A stretch of DNA of 64,000 nt from a virus. The stretch lies in IMG/VR virus record IMGVR_UViG_3300034272_001354, positions 1 through 64,000 of that record. One strand, written 5' to 3'. Position numbers and translations under genes: made by a program. Below are positions 38,606 through 48,954 of the stretch, piece after piece; position 1 is the stretch's first letter; every line of letters starts with the position of its first letter. A model generated the notes under the pieces. It made no database searches, was not told the origin of the DNA, and saw nothing but the letters and a program-made list of their open reading frames with translations.

Positions 38606-40522
38606 TTATCTCAATTCTCTTAAGTCAAATGTTCTAACACCATCAACGGTAATTCTTCCGTAAAAACGGTTATTTACCATCTTTTTCGCGTAACGAGTCA
38701 TTATACCTTTAATCGGTGTAAAGTTGAATGGGTTGTACATTGTAGGTGTTAATTGTAATGGTACATACGGAGCGTAAATGTATCCTGTGTCTAACAATGA
38801 TGTTCCTTTGTGTCCAATTAACACTTGGTTAGCTGGGAAGTAAGGGTCACGGTAAACTTGGTAACGACCTGCTAATGTACCTACTCTTTCAATACCCATG
38901 TTGTATTGGTCTTGCTCAGGAGACGCATTAGATACGTGGAAGTACTCTAAATCATCAAAGATAGCTGAAACTTCAGAAGAAACAACAATCCAGTTTGCTC
39001 CACCTCTTAATGTAGATTTGTGGATTTGTGCAGACAATTGGTTGATTGCTGTAATTAATGTTTGGTTCCAATCTTTTTGAGTATAAGAAGTTGTTTGAGA
39101 AATTCTTCTCCAACCATTGTAATCCCAACGTAAGTTCCATGCTGCACCTTTACGTAAATCTCTTAAGATTTCACGGTCGATTTCAGCCGCAACTTGTTCA
39201 GATAATAAAGCTGTTAATTCAGCTTCAGCATCGATGTTGTGGAAAGCCGCAACGTCTTGAGCTAACTCAGGAGACCATTGTGCTCTTAATTTTCTTTCTG
39301 TAACAGATACAGTAACTGAATCTAAATCGAAAGAAACCTCACCGATTTTATCTTCAAATTCTAACTCTTCGTAACGTCTGAAAGCCGCTGCGAATGAAGT
39401 TCCTGATACCGCAGTTTCGATAGTAGTACCTGTGTAACCATCTAAAGATGTAGAATCACAATCAGCACATACCGGACAAGATAAATCAACTTCTAACCAA
39501 ATACATCCATCAGCGTCACAAACATTTTTGAATGAACCACCGTTACCTGTATTAGATGCTGTACCCGCTGGGTTACCTGAAGGGAAGTAAGTTTGAGTAG
39601 TATTACCATATTTCACAATACCTCTACCATAGATTTGAGTCACAACTCTAAATAATAAAGAACCTGTACTAACTGTACATGGTGAAGTTGAAGAAACAGT
39701 TAAACCATTTCCTGTGTAAACGATTAAGTCAGATAAGAATGATTCAGTATCCATTTCGTTACCATCAGGTCCGATTAATTTTCCTGCACCTGTATCAGCA
39801 AAACCACACATTTTAATGATAACTTTTCTTGTGTTACCTGAAGCAATAACTGCTGCTCCATCAGTTGTTCCTGAAATGTTAGCATCAACTAAAACTCCAC
39901 CTGTCCATTTTTGGATAGTTGTAGTAGCAGTGATTGCTGACCAACGACCTTTAGAATAATCAAATAATCCTGGAGGGTCTAATTGAGCCTCATTTCCTTC
40001 ATAGAATAAATCATAAAGATTTTTTTCGTATACAGGGTTATAAGTTCCTGAACCTGTAGTGTAACCTGCATTTGGATTACCACCTGTACCGTTAGGTGAA
40101 GGTAATGTACCATCATTGTAGTTACCCGGAGCTCCAACAGGTGCATAGTGCTCACCTGAATATTGTCCTGCAATACCATCTTTATATCCTTGGATTTTTG
40201 GTACAAAGTAGAATAATTTACCGATTGGTAAGTTCATAGCTTGTACAGAAACGATGTCATTCGCTAATAATTTAGAGAATACTCTTCTTACGATAGGAAA
40301 TACAACAGTTTCGAATGAACCTGAAGACCCGTCAGAAGTTGCTTCGTTTATTAAGAAAGACGCTTGGTTCTCATATAACTGAGCTACGTTTTCTCTTAAG
40401 TGACCTTTAAGACCTTCTAGAAATCCTAATTTGTCCCATTTATTAATTGTGTCCTCTTTAATAACTTTAAGGTGTTTTAACCCGATGTTACCAACTAGAC
40501 CTGATTCTAATAATGCTCCCAT
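38606..40522 (-). CDS. Major capsid protein (T4 gp23-like)
   Basis: VRRVF..LLANDIVSVQAM..P.G, RKLRAQWSPELAQD, EIDREI, YAPYVPL, GIMTRY. Confidence 0.95.
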   Translation of the reverse strand: MGALLESGLVGNIGLKHLKVIKEDTINKWDKLGFLEGLKGHLRENVAQLYENQASFLINEATSDGSSGSFETVVFPIVRRVFSKLLANDIVSVQAMNLPIGKLFYFVPKIQGYKDGIAGQYSGEHYAPVGAPGNYNDGTLPSPNGTGGNPNAGYTTGSGTYNPVYEKNLYDLFYEGNEAQLDPPGLFDYSKGRWSAITATTTIQKWTGGVLVDANISGTTDGAAVIASGNTRKVIIKMCGFADTGAGKLIGPDGNEMDTESFLSDLIVYTGNGLTVSSTSPCTVSTGSLLFRVVTQIYGRGIVKYGNTTQTYFPSGNPAGTASNTGNGGSFKNVCDADGCIWLEVDLSCPVCADCDSTSLDGYTGTTIETAVSGTSFAAAFRRYEELEFEDKIGEVSFDLDSVTVSVTERKLRAQWSPELAQDVAAFHNIDAEAELTALLSEQVAAEIDREILRDLRKGAAWNLRWDYNGWRRISQTTSYTQKDWNQTLITAINQLSAQIHKSTLRGGANWIVVSSEVSAIFDDLEYFHVSNASPEQDQYNMGIERVGTLAGRYQVYRDPYFPANQVLIGHKGTSLLDTGYIYAPYVPLQLTPTMYNPFNFTPIKGIMTRYAKKMVNNRFYGRITVDGVRTFDLRELR

Positions 40523-40555
40523 TTTTTTGGTTTTTATTAATTTTTTAGTTTATTT

Positions 40556-42082
40556 TTATTTTAATTTTGACATTAAATCTTTCATTCTCAAGAACTGTGG
40601 ATTCTCATATGTTTTAGATTCAATTAAGTTAACTGCCGACCCTGTTGAAGGTGCTTTAGCAATTGTTCTTTCTAATGATTCATTCATAGGTTGAGATGCA
40701 GTCCCTGTAAGTTCATCTTTAATGACTTTGTATAAGTTTTTAGATTCTTTAATGTTTTCAACACCGTCAAATCTTCTTAAGATATTTATTTTTTCTTGTT
40801 TTGATGTTGAATGTTCTGTGAACAAACGAGTAGCGTAAGCTAAGTTTGAATTAAACACTGCAACCTCATTCAATTTATTTCTAAATACGTTAAGAGCTTT
40901 TCTGTATTCTTCATTCTTTTCTCTTAAAACTTTTAATTCACTTGTGTTTTGGTTCTCTTTAATTGCGGTATTAAAAGATGAGTGAGCTCTTGGTTTTGGT
41001 AACCCACCTCTTCTGAAATTACTTCCATTACCTAATGTACGAGAAGCCTCTTTAGGTTCAACTTTTTTAGTTGTATTAGCAATTTTAGTTGTTTGCTCTT
41101 TTGTTTCTGTTTTTTTAACAGATTTCATTTTTCCTTCAAGATTTTCACCTTCTTTATATTCAAATTTAGCTTTACCTGTTCCCATTGTTGGATTAACTGA
41201 TTTTTTCACAGTTTTAAATCCACCATTTTGGTTTGGTTTTGCATCATATTTAAATTTACTAGGATTACCCATTCCGGTTCCTTTTGGTTTTACAGACATT
41301 TTAGATTCCATCATTGTGTCATCATCCATATCCATATCGTCTTGTTCTTCTATTTCCATGTCCATGTCGTCTTGCTCTTCTAACTCTGAATCATCTTCGT
41401 CATCAAAAGAAATTTCATAAACGATTTCTTCATCGTCCATATCTTCTTCTTCGTCAAACATCATTTCATCACTTTCTCCAAATTCAGAATCTTCGTCGTC
41501 ATTATCAAATACTCTAGAGATAATATCTTCGATACCTTCAGAATCCATGTCCTCTTCTTCGTCATCGAAGTCCATATCTTCTTCTTCGTCGTCAAATTCT
41601 TCGAACATTTCTAATTCATCTTCACCTTCACCAACAATCATATATTCTTTGTTGTTCTCTTCGTCTTTTAAACTGATGTTACCAGAATCATCTTTAGTAA
41701 CAACAATATTATCTTCAGGTCCCATCAATTGGAATACACGTAAGATTTCTTCATCATCTTCTACGTCAGTAAGGTCTATGGTGTCTTCATCATCCATATC
41801 CATATCCATATTATCGGTATCCATGTCATCTTCCATATCCATATCAACATCTACGTCGTCCATTTCTGTATCGTCCATATCTGTATCCATATCCATGTCA
41901 TCCATGTCAACCTCAGTGTCAATCTCCTCATCATCTTGTTCTGTAAGAGATTCTTTTACTAGTTCTTTGATTTCTTGCGACATTGTCGAAGCAAGTATTC
42001 CTTTTGCATTTTCCGCTACCGCCTCTTCCAAATTTTTCATTTGGATGATAGCTTCTTCAACTAAAGATTTTTCTTTTGCCAT
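40556..42082 (-). CDS. Acidic prohead core/scaffold protein
   Basis: Very Asp/Glu/Met-rich, coiled-coil C-terminus, lies between protease and MCP. Confidence 0.7.
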   Translation of the reverse strand: MAKEKSLVEEAIIQMKNLEEAVAENAKGILASTMSQEIKELVKESLTEQDDEEIDTEVDMDDMDMDTDMDDTEMDDVDVDMDMEDDMDTDNMDMDMDDEDTIDLTDVEDDEEILRVFQLMGPEDNIVVTKDDSGNISLKDEENNKEYMIVGEGEDELEMFEEFDDEEEDMDFDDEEEDMDSEGIEDIISRVFDNDDEDSEFGESDEMMFDEEEDMDDEEIVYEISFDDEDDSELEEQDDMDMEIEEQDDMDMDDDTMMESKMSVKPKGTGMGNPSKFKYDAKPNQNGGFKTVKKSVNPTMGTGKAKFEYKEGENLEGKMKSVKKTETKEQTTKIANTTKKVEPKEASRTLGNGSNFRRGGLPKPRAHSSFNTAIKENQNTSELKVLREKNEEYRKALNVFRNKLNEVAVFNSNLAYATRLFTEHSTSKQEKINILRRFDGVENIKESKNLYKVIKDELTGTASQPMNESLERTIAKAPSTGSAVNLIESKTYENPQFLRMKDLMSKLK

Positions 42083-42105
42083 TTGTGTTTAAGTTATTTT
42101 AATAT

Positions 42106-42113
42106 ATAAATAT
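42106..42113 (-). promoter_or_regulatory. Candidate late promoter (ATATTTAT) for scaffold-MCP; second copy at 42171-42178
   Basis: Motif recurs before about 21 late-type genes. Confidence 0.65.
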
Positions 42114-42198
42114 CTCCCATTATCAAAAAAGCATTATTTTTGCTAATTTGATAATGAGTTTTTTATATTAATAAATATTACCAAAAAAATAAAAGCAT

Positions 42199-42225
42199 AA
42201 AAAAAGGAGACATTTCTGTCTCCTT
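42199..42225 (-). terminator. Intrinsic terminator
   Basis: AAGGAGACA-GAAA-TGTCTCCTTTTTTT on the minus strand. Confidence 0.8.
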
Positions 42226-42248
42226 AATTAATTATTGAATATAAATTC

Positions 42249-42458
42249 TTATTCTATCACTTCATCAATTTTACTTTCAACAATTGCTGTGATTCTCCAT
42301 TCCATTGTATAATGCTCAAATACTTTTGTTACTTTAGCCTCTACGTCAGTTGGGTTGTAACCACTCACTAATTTTTCTTCTCTTAATTTTTTAATCTTAC
42401 CTGATGCCTCATCAACTGAGTCCAATGTAATTTTTGCAATGAAATACTTTTCGTCCAT
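42249..42458 (-). CDS. DUF4494-like small protein
   Basis: YFIAKI...GKIKKLREEKLV....TDVEAKV resembles the Bacteroidota DUF4494 N-terminal region. Confidence 0.5.
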   Translation of the reverse strand: MDEKYFIAKITLDSVDEASGKIKKLREEKLVSGYNPTDVEAKVTKVFEHYTMEWRITAIVESKIDEVIE

Positions 42459-42475
42459 AATTTTTTCTATTTAGT

Positions 42476-43201
42476 TTAATATCCTAAATAATCGTTTAAT
42501 TTTTTCATTAAGTCAAGTGATTTATTTCCTGAATCACCAACATGTCTTTCAATACTCATTTTTTTCTCTTCTTCTAAGTTCTCGTCATACAGATGTTTGT
42601 CATCTTTATTTAAGAATAGATACGCTCCCGGAGTTGAAGGTGAGGACACCAAGTCAAAACAAATTAATTCAAAATCGTCTTGTACTTCATTTTGTTCACC
42701 AATCTTTTTAAGAGAACCTACACCTCTTGACGATATACCTAAAGTAACACCTTGTCTTAAGTAATTTGCTGCCAAATCTCCTTTGGTTGAACAAATACCT
42801 CTTTCGTGGTATCCCGGTGATGTCAATAATTTAATCTTTCCCATTAGGACATTACCTTCCCACCATACTTCGGTGATTGCGTGAGAAACTCTATCTAAAT
42901 CAATTAAAGATGATTCCGGGTGATTTAACTCTGAAAGAGCTGTACCCTTTTTAATCATTTTTTTATAATTATCAGCTTCTCTTTTTAATATACGTTCAGG
43001 GTATAATCGACCATTTCTATTTGGTGTATCATATTTTTGTAATACAGCATAAAATTCAAATGGTTTTGAGTGGTCTAACATTTCATTAGATTCTCTTATT
43101 AATGTTTCGTTACGATTATCCTTTGGATTAATATATCCGGCATCGTATTCAACTAATATACCTTTTCCTGATTCGTTCGGTTGTAATATTCTTAAACTCA
43201 T
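42476..43201 (-). CDS. Prohead maturation protease (T4 gp21-like)
   Basis: NRNGRLYP, ELNHP, VSH, GISSRGVGS, DLVSSPS. Confidence 0.92.
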   Translation of the reverse strand: MSLRILQPNESGKGILVEYDAGYINPKDNRNETLIRESNEMLDHSKPFEFYAVLQKYDTPNRNGRLYPERILKREADNYKKMIKKGTALSELNHPESSLIDLDRVSHAITEVWWEGNVLMGKIKLLTSPGYHERGICSTKGDLAANYLRQGVTLGISSRGVGSLKKIGEQNEVQDDFELICFDLVSSPSTPGAYLFLNKDDKHLYDENLEEEKKMSIERHVGDSGNKSLDLMKKLNDYLGY

Positions 43202-43224
43202 TTTAAATGTTTTAATAATAAATA

Positions 43225-43695
43225 TTAAACATTTTCGGTTTGTAACGTATCTTTAACGGATTTGATTTTTTTAGTTAGATAAAACTTAAAATAATTGTTG
43301 TCATAAAAGTTATCGTTGTAGATTTTATTTGTAATTTTTAATAATGTATCTTTAATTTGTTTTGATTTAAAATCGAGGTTTTCTTCTATAACATAGAAAT
43401 TAACTTCTAAATTCATAAATGATTTTTTACCCAAATTTAATCCACTTGACCTTAAATCTAAATCTACAATAAATTTTGTATCAAAAATTTTATTATTTAA
43501 CGACTCGTAAACCGAGTGTTTAATACCCCTACTTAAATTTAAAACTGTTCTCGACCAATTATCGGATTCATAGATTGGTTCAACCCATGTTTGTACGTTT
43601 AAGTAAAGTGATTTCAAGTTTACAGAATCAACTGTCCCATAAACAACTTTCGCGGTTTTGAAACCTGTTAGTTGAGAGGTTTTCCCCTTTTTCAT
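43225..43695 (-). CDS. Hypothetical protein
   Basis: 156-aa ORF. Confidence 0.7.
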   Translation of the reverse strand: MKKGKTSQLTGFKTAKVVYGTVDSVNLKSLYLNVQTWVEPIYESDNWSRTVLNLSRGIKHSVYESLNNKIFDTKFIVDLDLRSSGLNLGKKSFMNLEVNFYVIEENLDFKSKQIKDTLLKITNKIYNDNFYDNNYFKFYLTKKIKSVKDTLQTENV

Positions 43696-43787
43696 TAATT
43701 TTCATATTTTTCCTTTTATTTTTAAAAAAGATAGGTAAAATAAGGGGTCAGGTCAAATTTTTTGTTATTTTGATATATATGTTATAT

Positions 43788-43982
43788 ATGTTAATAGTTA
43801 AATTAGATAAAAATACACCAATAGAGAAAGCACTGAAACTCTATAAAAGTAAAGTTATCAAGACACGTCAAAGTTCTGAACTTAATAAGCGAAAAGAATT
43901 TATCAAACCTTCCGTAAAAAAAAGAAACGTGTTAGCTAAGGCTAAACACGTTCAATTAAAATATTATTCGGATAACGATTAA
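43788..43982 (+). CDS. rpsU: Ribosomal protein bS21
   Basis: MLIVK...IEKALKLYKSKV.KT....EL..RKEFIKPSVKKR; ATG at 43788. Confidence 0.85.
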   Translation: MLIVKLDKNTPIEKALKLYKSKVIKTRQSSELNKRKEFIKPSVKKRNVLAKAKHVQLKYYSDND

Positions 43983-44698
43983 AGATTCTCGTTTAAACTT
44001 TTAAGTTTAAAATACGTTAATTTGTCGTACTTCTCTGATAACACTTTTGTAAGTGTTTCATCAATTCTAGTTTTCACTGAATTATCTTCGGACGAATTCT
44101 TCATTGCTTTTAATTTATCAACTACATTTTCTTTAAGGGTGTTATATTTCACGGATAATTCACCATCATCTTCAGATAACAATTTAACTATTTCAGCTTT
44201 GTCAGATTCACTTAAAGTATCAATATAATTCTTAATAGTTTTATTTGCAACACTAACCATAGTTGATAATGGAAGTTCAATACCTTTGGATTCTGTAATT
44301 GGAAGTTTTTTCAAATTCTCAATAATTAAATTTTTACTTTTAATTCTTGATTCAATGGTTAAAACATCTGTTGAAAATAAGTTATCGATATTTTCGTATG
44401 AGTTATTAGATTTAGTATTTCTAACCCACATATTTAATTTTTTCAAATCTGCCGGTAAAATTTTATTCACAGCATTTTCATATAGAGTAATACATTCGTG
44501 GATGTATTCTCTTGAATATGATTCACTCAAACCTTTTTTAGAGTTTAACTCATCATACATATAGAAAATCTTACTAACATTTTTATTCTCTAATACAAGT
44601 TTTTTAAATGTTTTTAATTCGTCTTTAAATGTGTCGTTTTTATACGACTCAAGTAATACGTTTTCTATCTTCGATTTTAATATACCAAACTTTGTCAT
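43979..44698 (-). CDS. Hypothetical head-module protein
   Basis: 239-aa helical ORF after TATTTAT (44713-20). Confidence 0.7.
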   Translation of the reverse strand: MTKFGILKSKIENVLLESYKNDTFKDELKTFKKLVLENKNVSKIFYMYDELNSKKGLSESYSREYIHECITLYENAVNKILPADLKKLNMWVRNTKSNNSYENIDNLFSTDVLTIESRIKSKNLIIENLKKLPITESKGIELPLSTMVSVANKTIKNYIDTLSESDKAEIVKLLSEDDGELSVKYNTLKENVVDKLKAMKNSSEDNSVKTRIDETLTKVLSEKYDKLTYFKLKSLNENL

Positions 44699-44719
44699 TT
44701 TCTTTTTTAATTATAAATA

Positions 44720-46588
44720 TCAATCATTTAAGATTTTATCCAATTCTTTTTCCATATCACCTAAAGAATTTCTTGCTCGAGATAAATCAATGTAAGAATC
44801 GTCTTCAGTTAGATTACCACTTTCCAATAAGATATTCAAATTATCTCGTTTGACTGATTCAGGAGTTATTTCAGCTTCACCACCCGGTGCCGGTGCTCCA
44901 CCCGGTTCAGGTGCTCCACCCGGTTCAGGTTCTCCACCTAAGTCAAGTCCTCCACCTAAGTCAGATTCAAGACCTCCTCCACCTCCTCCACCAGGTGGTG
45001 GGGCAGGAGCAGCCGCTCCAACGGCCGTAGTTCCGGATTTACTCGCGTATAATTTATCTATAGTATCAAATACACCCGTATGAGTAATTATGGTTGCGGT
45101 ATTAGTTAATTCCGCACCAACCGCTTTTTCAATACGTTGTTGTTGTAAATCTAATTTAATTTCTTCATCAGAGAATCCTAATACGTGTTTCTTAGCCCAT
45201 GTAACAGATACCGGAGCGATACCTTCGATAGCCGCAACAGCATCTTTATACAATAAAATTTTCTCTTTCCAAATATCAATTTTTAATAAATCTGCTTGAG
45301 ATGATGGGTTTGTAAGAGCCAATGTAAAGTTTGACAATTCATCCTCAAATCCTAATAAGAATAAATGAATAATTGCAACTTTATTTAATTCGGCAATCAT
45401 AGATTTTTGAATTCTATTAATTGTTCTTGCGAAACGAATATCCATTAAAGATAAATTTTTACCATCACCCGTTACTTCCTCAAAACCTAAAAACGCTTTA
45501 GGAACACGAAGTGCTGTTAATAATTTCTTTTGGATATATTCAATATCGGCAATCTCCGCCAAATTTTGTGCTCCCGGTAAGGTATCAATTGGACTTGGTG
45601 CCGCAGGGTCACGAACAGGAATAAAGTAATCTTGGTCAACAGCCATTTGATTAAATCTCATATCTACATTCCCTGTTTGAGAATCAACCACTTGACTTCT
45701 TTTAAATTTGTTAGCCACACGTTGTACATATGGTTCAACATCTTTATCGTCCATATTACCAACATAAACTTTAAATACACGTCTTTCAGGAGCTCTTGAA
45801 GTTCTATAAATCAACATCGCATCTTCTGAAAGTAATAATTGTTTCCAAATACGTCTCGCTTTCTCCAACATAGAAGTACCATAAGGAAGTTTTCTATCAT
45901 CACCTAATAATCTAAAATGGGCAATCTCCCATGAATTGAATTCCATGTCTTTAATTTTCCATTTGAAACGTAATCCTTTACTATCCGCAGGTTCTTCAAC
46001 ATTTGCTGATTTCGCAGCCATACCTCTCTCCAAACGTTCTATTTCAATGTTTGGTAATTGCATACACCCAACAATGCCTTTTTCCGCATCCAATTTTAGA
46101 TACACGAAGTTATCTCCATATTTACAAGTATTTCTTGTCCACATAGGTAAATTAGTATTTAAATCTAATACGTTGTTAAATAAGTCAGTTAAGATTCCTT
46201 TAATTCTTTTTGATTCAGAATAAATCTGTAACATATATCCATTTTGGTCAACAGTTGTTGATTCTTCACCATAGATATCCAAAGCGGCAGAAATTTCAGG
46301 AGTATACTCCATCGATTCATAATCATAAAATGAAGCTAAACGAGTTGGTTCATAATATACCGCTTGAGTATATAAATTACTTTCAATTTTAGTCCATTGA
46401 TTGGCTAGATAATAAGTTTGTTGTGCCTGTAATTTTTCTCTCTCGTATTCGGCTTTAGACGTGGTTTTTAATAATTCCTTCTTATCTAACTGATATACGG
46501 GATAATCTTGATTCAATAACGAATTTGGTCCAAATGCTTTGGATAACCTTTGCCAAACTGTTAAATCATTATTTTGATTGTTTTCCAT
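44720..46588 (-). CDS. Portal protein (T4 gp20-like)
   Basis: EDAMLIYRTSRAPERRVF.VYVGN, DYFIP.R, IDTLPG, ALRVPK. Confidence 0.93.
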   Translation of the reverse strand: MENNQNNDLTVWQRLSKAFGPNSLLNQDYPVYQLDKKELLKTTSKAEYEREKLQAQQTYYLANQWTKIESNLYTQAVYYEPTRLASFYDYESMEYTPEISAALDIYGEESTTVDQNGYMLQIYSESKRIKGILTDLFNNVLDLNTNLPMWTRNTCKYGDNFVYLKLDAEKGIVGCMQLPNIEIERLERGMAAKSANVEEPADSKGLRFKWKIKDMEFNSWEIAHFRLLGDDRKLPYGTSMLEKARRIWKQLLLSEDAMLIYRTSRAPERRVFKVYVGNMDDKDVEPYVQRVANKFKRSQVVDSQTGNVDMRFNQMAVDQDYFIPVRDPAAPSPIDTLPGAQNLAEIADIEYIQKKLLTALRVPKAFLGFEEVTGDGKNLSLMDIRFARTINRIQKSMIAELNKVAIIHLFLLGFEDELSNFTLALTNPSSQADLLKIDIWKEKILLYKDAVAAIEGIAPVSVTWAKKHVLGFSDEEIKLDLQQQRIEKAVGAELTNTATIITHTGVFDTIDKLYASKSGTTAVGAAAPAPPPGGGGGGGLESDLGGGLDLGGEPEPGGAPEPGGAPAPGGEAEITPESVKRDNLNILLESGNLTEDDSYIDLSRARNSLGDMEKELDKILND

Positions 46589-46645
46589 ATGAAAAATTTA
46601 AATATTTTTTTATTTTAATAAATAGTTTAGATTAACCAAATATCA

Positions 46646-47149
46646 TCATGGGATTGTTGGTGTGGGGGTTGGCGTTGGATAATTAACCGGTGGTACAGGT
46701 ATTGGGAACGGGTCACAATCAACAATTAAGTTATCACCATTTTCTGCTATAATACGGATAAAGTCCTCAGTCGCTAAGTAACAAATCTCAACAATTGGTG
46801 AAGGTGTCATTGTAGGTGTTGGCGTAGGTGTTGGCGTACCCGTTGGTGGTGGTGTAGGTGTTGGAGTAGGTGTTGGTTCTGCCGTTGGTGTTGGTGGAAG
46901 AGCTCCACTAAATGTGTCAATAGTTCTAGGTCTATTAAAATCAGGTTCAAATACTTTAACACTTAAAATATCTTGACCAGGAACAACCATTCTAGACCCT
47001 GCGAAAATTTTACCTGATTTTTTTCGATTTACAAAACCACCTGATTTACCGACACCCAAATTAAGAGTTGCATTAGCATACAAATCTGCATTTGCATCAA
47101 ATGTTATACTATTATTTAAAGTAGAAGTTTTTCTATCGGTAATACCCAT
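46646..47149 (-). CDS. Pro/Thr-repeat protein
   Basis: PTPTPT tracts; own TATTTAT at 47163-70. Confidence 0.65.
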   Translation of the reverse strand: MGITDRKTSTLNNSITFDANADLYANATLNLGVGKSGGFVNRKKSGKIFAGSRMVVPGQDILSVKVFEPDFNRPRTIDTFSGALPPTPTAEPTPTPTPTPPPTGTPTPTPTPTMTPSPIVEICYLATEDFIRIIAENGDNLIVDCDPFPIPVPPVNYPTPTPTPTIP

Positions 47150-47169
47150 TTATGTTTATTTGATAAATA

Positions 47170-48939
47170 TTATCTTGTACCAAATAACCAGCCATATTTC
47201 ATATAATCGTCTCGACTTATATTTCCATTACTAAATTGACCAATTCTTTCTCGAGTATTTGGTATTACGGGGTTAAACGCTAATGATTCACTTACATTGT
47301 CATTATTAGTGACCGCCCAAGAATCAATCATCGCTTTAGTATGTTCAGTAACTTTAGTTAATTTACTAAACGATGATTCAGCAACGTAGGTTGCCATCGC
47401 AATAGACATGATTAAATCGTCGTGATGACCTTTTTGGTGGTCAGGTCTACCATTCATATAAATAAATGTATTCATTTCATTATACAAACGAGAACTATAA
47501 ATTCTAAATCCATGTCTCATTACTTCTTCAAACGAAGCAATAATTTGAACTCTTTTATTATTAAAGTTTATTCCCGGAATTTTCTCCGCAGCTTTTGGGT
47601 CGTATTTCCATTTGTTTGCCGTGTCAACACCATCAACATATAAATCTTTATAATTCATTTCTTGAAGTTTTCTTGATGTTGAAACACCCATACCTCCAGT
47701 GATATCTATTACCACAAAACAAGAATAGTTTGTCGCCCATTTGTGACAAATTTCCGCCATAGTGTCCGGAGGTAATTTACCCACATACTCAGCGACTTGT
47801 TCTTGAGTATCAAAATCGACAATTTGGAATGAACTAAAATCTTCAGAATCCCCACGAGAAACGTCGACACCCATAATGTATTTATGTCCAATCACAGGTT
47901 CTTTCCAAATCCAAAGAGCATTCCCCATTAACTTTGATATAGGTTCAAGAATCATATTTTCACGAATCTTTTGCATCATAAGAGAATCAAATACGTTATC
48001 CCCCGAACCTAAGAAGTTACATTCTAACTCTTGGGATACTTTACGTTTATCGTATTTTAATTTCTTAACCATCGCCTCAAACCAAGATGAACAAGGTTTA
48101 TACCCGGCATCCATAATAATTCTTAACTCTTTATAATTTCTATTTTCATAAGGTATTTTAGACCAATCAAGAAATTCATCTGGTTTATAATCTTCTTTAT
48201 TCAATAGGAAATGAATTATATCATCAGTTTTTACCAAGAATAAATCTTTAGTATAACGTGGGTCACGATACCAAAACATCTCGGTAATTTTGAAGTCATT
48301 CATATTACGTAATGCTTGGTCATATATTTCGTAGTAAATTGGGTCGTATCCGTTTGGAGTTGAAACAACAATTACTTTACCCCCCGTAGATAGGGACGCC
48401 ATACAAGCAGCCCAAAAGTCACTGTCAGCTTCGATAAACGCCGCCTCGTCAAATACAAGTATTGTTGGTGTAAACCCACGCAAGGCATCTTTCGATGTCG
48501 CAACGGCTTTAACCTCACAACCATTTGTTAATTTATAATGTTTTTGGGAATTTTTTGCTTTATCAAAATCTACACCTGTCCAAGACGGCCATTGAGCAAC
48601 GAACGCTTTTATTTTATTAGCCATCTCCAGTGAAGTATCCAACTTATTGGCGATAATCAATATTTTTTCGGGGGTTTCTTTTCTTGCGAATACTAACTTT
48701 CGTGACATCCAAGCCGCGGTAACTGTTGATACCCCGGCCTGTCTGTACTTTAATGCAATGTTTTCATTGTATTCTTCGTAATCTTCTAATAAAGATAATT
48801 GGTCAGGAAAAAGTTCTAATGGAACATATTTTTTAACCGTATTATCATATGTTTCTAAATACGTTCTAAGTGCGTATTCAACATCTCGATTACATTTTAC
48901 GTATTCAATTAATACTTGTTCTTTTGTTAAATTTGACAT
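47170..48939 (-). CDS. Terminase large subunit (T4 gp17-like)
   Basis: KYRQAGVST, VFDEAAF, VSTPNG, QELECNF, GVDVSRG, HDDLIM. Confidence 0.93.
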   Translation of the reverse strand: MSNLTKEQVLIEYVKCNRDVEYALRTYLETYDNTVKKYVPLELFPDQLSLLEDYEEYNENIALKYRQAGVSTVTAAWMSRKLVFARKETPEKILIIANKLDTSLEMANKIKAFVAQWPSWTGVDFDKAKNSQKHYKLTNGCEVKAVATSKDALRGFTPTILVFDEAAFIEADSDFWAACMASLSTGGKVIVVSTPNGYDPIYYEIYDQALRNMNDFKITEMFWYRDPRYTKDLFLVKTDDIIHFLLNKEDYKPDEFLDWSKIPYENRNYKELRIIMDAGYKPCSSWFEAMVKKLKYDKRKVSQELECNFLGSGDNVFDSLMMQKIRENMILEPISKLMGNALWIWKEPVIGHKYIMGVDVSRGDSEDFSSFQIVDFDTQEQVAEYVGKLPPDTMAEICHKWATNYSCFVVIDITGGMGVSTSRKLQEMNYKDLYVDGVDTANKWKYDPKAAEKIPGINFNNKRVQIIASFEEVMRHGFRIYSSRLYNEMNTFIYMNGRPDHQKGHHDDLIMSIAMATYVAESSFSKLTKVTEHTKAMIDSWAVTNNDNVSESLAFNPVIPNTRERIGQFSNGNISRDDYMKYGWLFGTR

Positions 48940-48954
48940 AAGTCGGTTTGGTTT

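Noticed and set aside
41547-42092. Ser-rich 181-aa + strand ORF and similar antisense ORFs over portal, TerL and ClpC
   Set aside because: Antisense reflections of acidic or conserved genes
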